The position numbers were made by a program, and so were the translations under genes. This document shows, piece by piece, positions 26,204 to 27,219 of a stretch of DNA of 27,219 nt (position 1 is the stretch's first letter; every line of letters starts with the position of its first letter). The DNA is from a virus. Taxonomy: Duplodnaviria; Caudoviricetes. The notes under the pieces were generated by a model. It saw nothing but the letters and a program-made list of their open reading frames with translations, had not been told where the DNA came from and searched no databases. The stretch is taken from positions 1 through 27,219 of IMG/VR virus record IMGVR_UViG_3300016665_000192. The stretch is one strand, 5' to 3'.

Positions 26204-26449
26204 ATGCCAGCATCAAGAAGAAGGTTTTCATGTAATCATAAAGGCTTTGGCAAGTTCTGCCATCGCTGTGCCCAAGCAGAGGCTTTAGAAGCTCGTGTAG
26301 AGGGTTTAAAGTCAGAGGGTGGCAAGGGTAAGGCAGAGGAGACAAAGACGCTTTTAGAGGAAGCCAAGAGGCTCCGTGCTACTACAGTAAAGCGTTCATC
26401 GTATGATGATTTGCCAGACACTCCAGTAGCCGAGACAACAGAAAGCTGA
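26204..26449 (+). CDS. Small putative zinc-binding protein (CxH-x6-CxxC) with coiled coil, ~81 aa
   Basis: ATG 26204 follows GAAGG, 4 nt after the previous stop. Begins 'MPASRRRFSCNHKGFGKFCHRCAQ'. Confidence 0.72.
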   Translation: MPASRRRFSCNHKGFGKFCHRCAQAEALEARVEGLKSEGGKGKAEETKTLLEEAKRLRATTVKRSSYDDLPDTPVAETTES

Positions 26450-26456
26450 AAAGAAT

Positions 26457-26488
26457 AACGCCGCCCTGATTAAGTTCCGAGCGGCGTT
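26457..26488. terminator. GC-rich hairpin, copy 1 of AACGCCGC-Nx-GCGGCGTT
   Basis: 8-bp perfect inverted repeat just after a stop codon, with an A-rich 5' flank and T-rich 3' flank. Confidence 0.65.
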
Positions 26489-26497
26489 TCTATTTGG

Positions 26498-26526
26498 TTT
26501 ACTCCCATATTCCCTTAAGCTATGAT
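26498..26526 (+). promoter_or_regulatory. Sigma70-type promoter for the HD gene, probably leaderless
   Basis: TTTACT (26498-26503), 17 nt, TATGAT (26521-26526). ATG at 26533 sits at the expected +1. No Shine-Dalgarno sequence. Confidence 0.65.
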
Positions 26527-26532
26527 GGGCGT

Positions 26533-27171
26533 ATGAATAAGAAAATAGATAATCAAGAAATAGTTCTACAAAAGGTTCAAGAAAACTGGGGAACAATAAA
26601 GGGTCTTGTAAACCGTATAGAGAACCCCGAAGCAAGAGAAGGTGCCCTTCATCTATGTGATGATCTCCATGATCGTTTTGCTGTAGCCCCAGCTTCTACC
26701 AGAACAGATTATGTTGGTTGTTTCGTTGGTGGTCTTGTATGGCATTCCCTAAACGTATTAAAGGTTATGAAGGCATTACGTTCTTCTCTTGAGTTAGAGA
26801 AGGTTGTAAGTGCGGATAGTATGATCATTCTTGGATTGTTTCATGATCTTGGTAAGTTGGGAAATGAGAAGGAAGACTATTATTTACCACAGTCAAGTGA
26901 TTGGCACAGAAACAAGGGATTTATGTATGAGATCAACGAGGGAATGGGACATATCCCGGTTGCAATCAGAACTTTATGGTGGCTTAACCACTATAAGGTT
27001 TCATTATCTGAAAATGAGGTATATGCTTTACAGTCGTTATCTTTGAAGAATGGGGAGCAGATAAGTTTTTCACCTTCGTTAAGGGATCCCTGGGAGGCAT
27101 ATATATTGCAGAGTGCAGTTAGGGGAGCTTGCATTAAGCATCATGGGATAACGAGTTTATCGCAGACCTGA
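26533..27171 (+). CDS. HD-domain protein (YhaM-like phage family), partly degenerate, ~212 aa
   Basis: 'APAS...GGLVWHSLNV' and 'LFHDLGKLG'. ATG 26533 is preferred to TTG 26494 because of the promoter position. Confidence 0.82.
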   Translation: MNKKIDNQEIVLQKVQENWGTIKGLVNRIENPEAREGALHLCDDLHDRFAVAPASTRTDYVGCFVGGLVWHSLNVLKVMKALRSSLELEKVVSADSMIILGLFHDLGKLGNEKEDYYLPQSSDWHRNKGFMYEINEGMGHIPVAIRTLWWLNHYKVSLSENEVYALQSLSLKNGEQISFSPSLRDPWEAYILQSAVRGACIKHHGITSLSQT

Positions 27172-27180
27172 TAAAAGAAG

Positions 27181-27209
27181 AACGCCGCCAAGGAAACTTG
27201 AGCGGCGTT
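27181..27209. terminator. GC-rich hairpin, copy 2 of AACGCCGC-Nx-GCGGCGTT, with GAAA tetraloop
   Basis: AACGCCGC-CAAG-GAAA-CTTG-A-GCGGCGTT, 9 nt after the HD stop codon. Confidence 0.7.
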
Positions 27210-27219
27210 TAACTTATTA

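Noticed and set aside
25710-26345. 211-aa minus-strand ORF
   Set aside because: Overlaps + strand genes that have RBSs and recognisable motifs. It has no features of its own.
6713-26532. ORF-track TTG starts at 6713, 9052, 25729, 26165 and 26494
   Set aside because: In-frame ATGs at 6728, 9067, 25771, 26204 and 26533 fit RBS or promoter positions better and avoid overlaps.
26450-27212. Twin hairpins as integron attC sites or CRISPR repeats
   Set aside because: Too short for attC and lacking proper RYYYAAC/GTTRRRY ends. Only two copies ~720 nt apart, with no spacer periodicity and no integrase or cas gene.
1-27219. Stop-codon reassignment as seen in some large phages
   Set aside because: Long genes are intact in code 11, and TAA, TGA and TAG (polA) all end genes at sensible boundaries.

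Overview
AT-rich, densely coding segment of a large myovirus (T4-like/jumbo-type tailed phage) read in the standard genetic code. Positions 1-24182 are a contractile-tail morphogenesis cluster. In order: 3' part of a gp15-like tail-completion gene, two tandem ~1000-aa tail-sheath paralogues, an acidic hypothetical, the tail tube, a hypothetical, a gp26-like hub chaperone with a small gp51-like ORF that appears reachable by a +1/-2 frameshift, an inverted three-gene block ending in a Nudix hydrolase, a 1465-aa tape measure protein, a tube-initiator-like baseplate protein, a LysM/gp53-like protein, and a hub protein apparently split over two ORFs. Positions 24223-27219 are non-structural: a minimal family-A DNA polymerase, two small Cys/His-rich proteins, a two-TM protein with an AT-hook, and a degenerate HD protein bracketed by twin hairpins. 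No rRNA, tRNA, CRISPR array or transposase was seen. All product calls come from motif recognition by eye; no database search was run.
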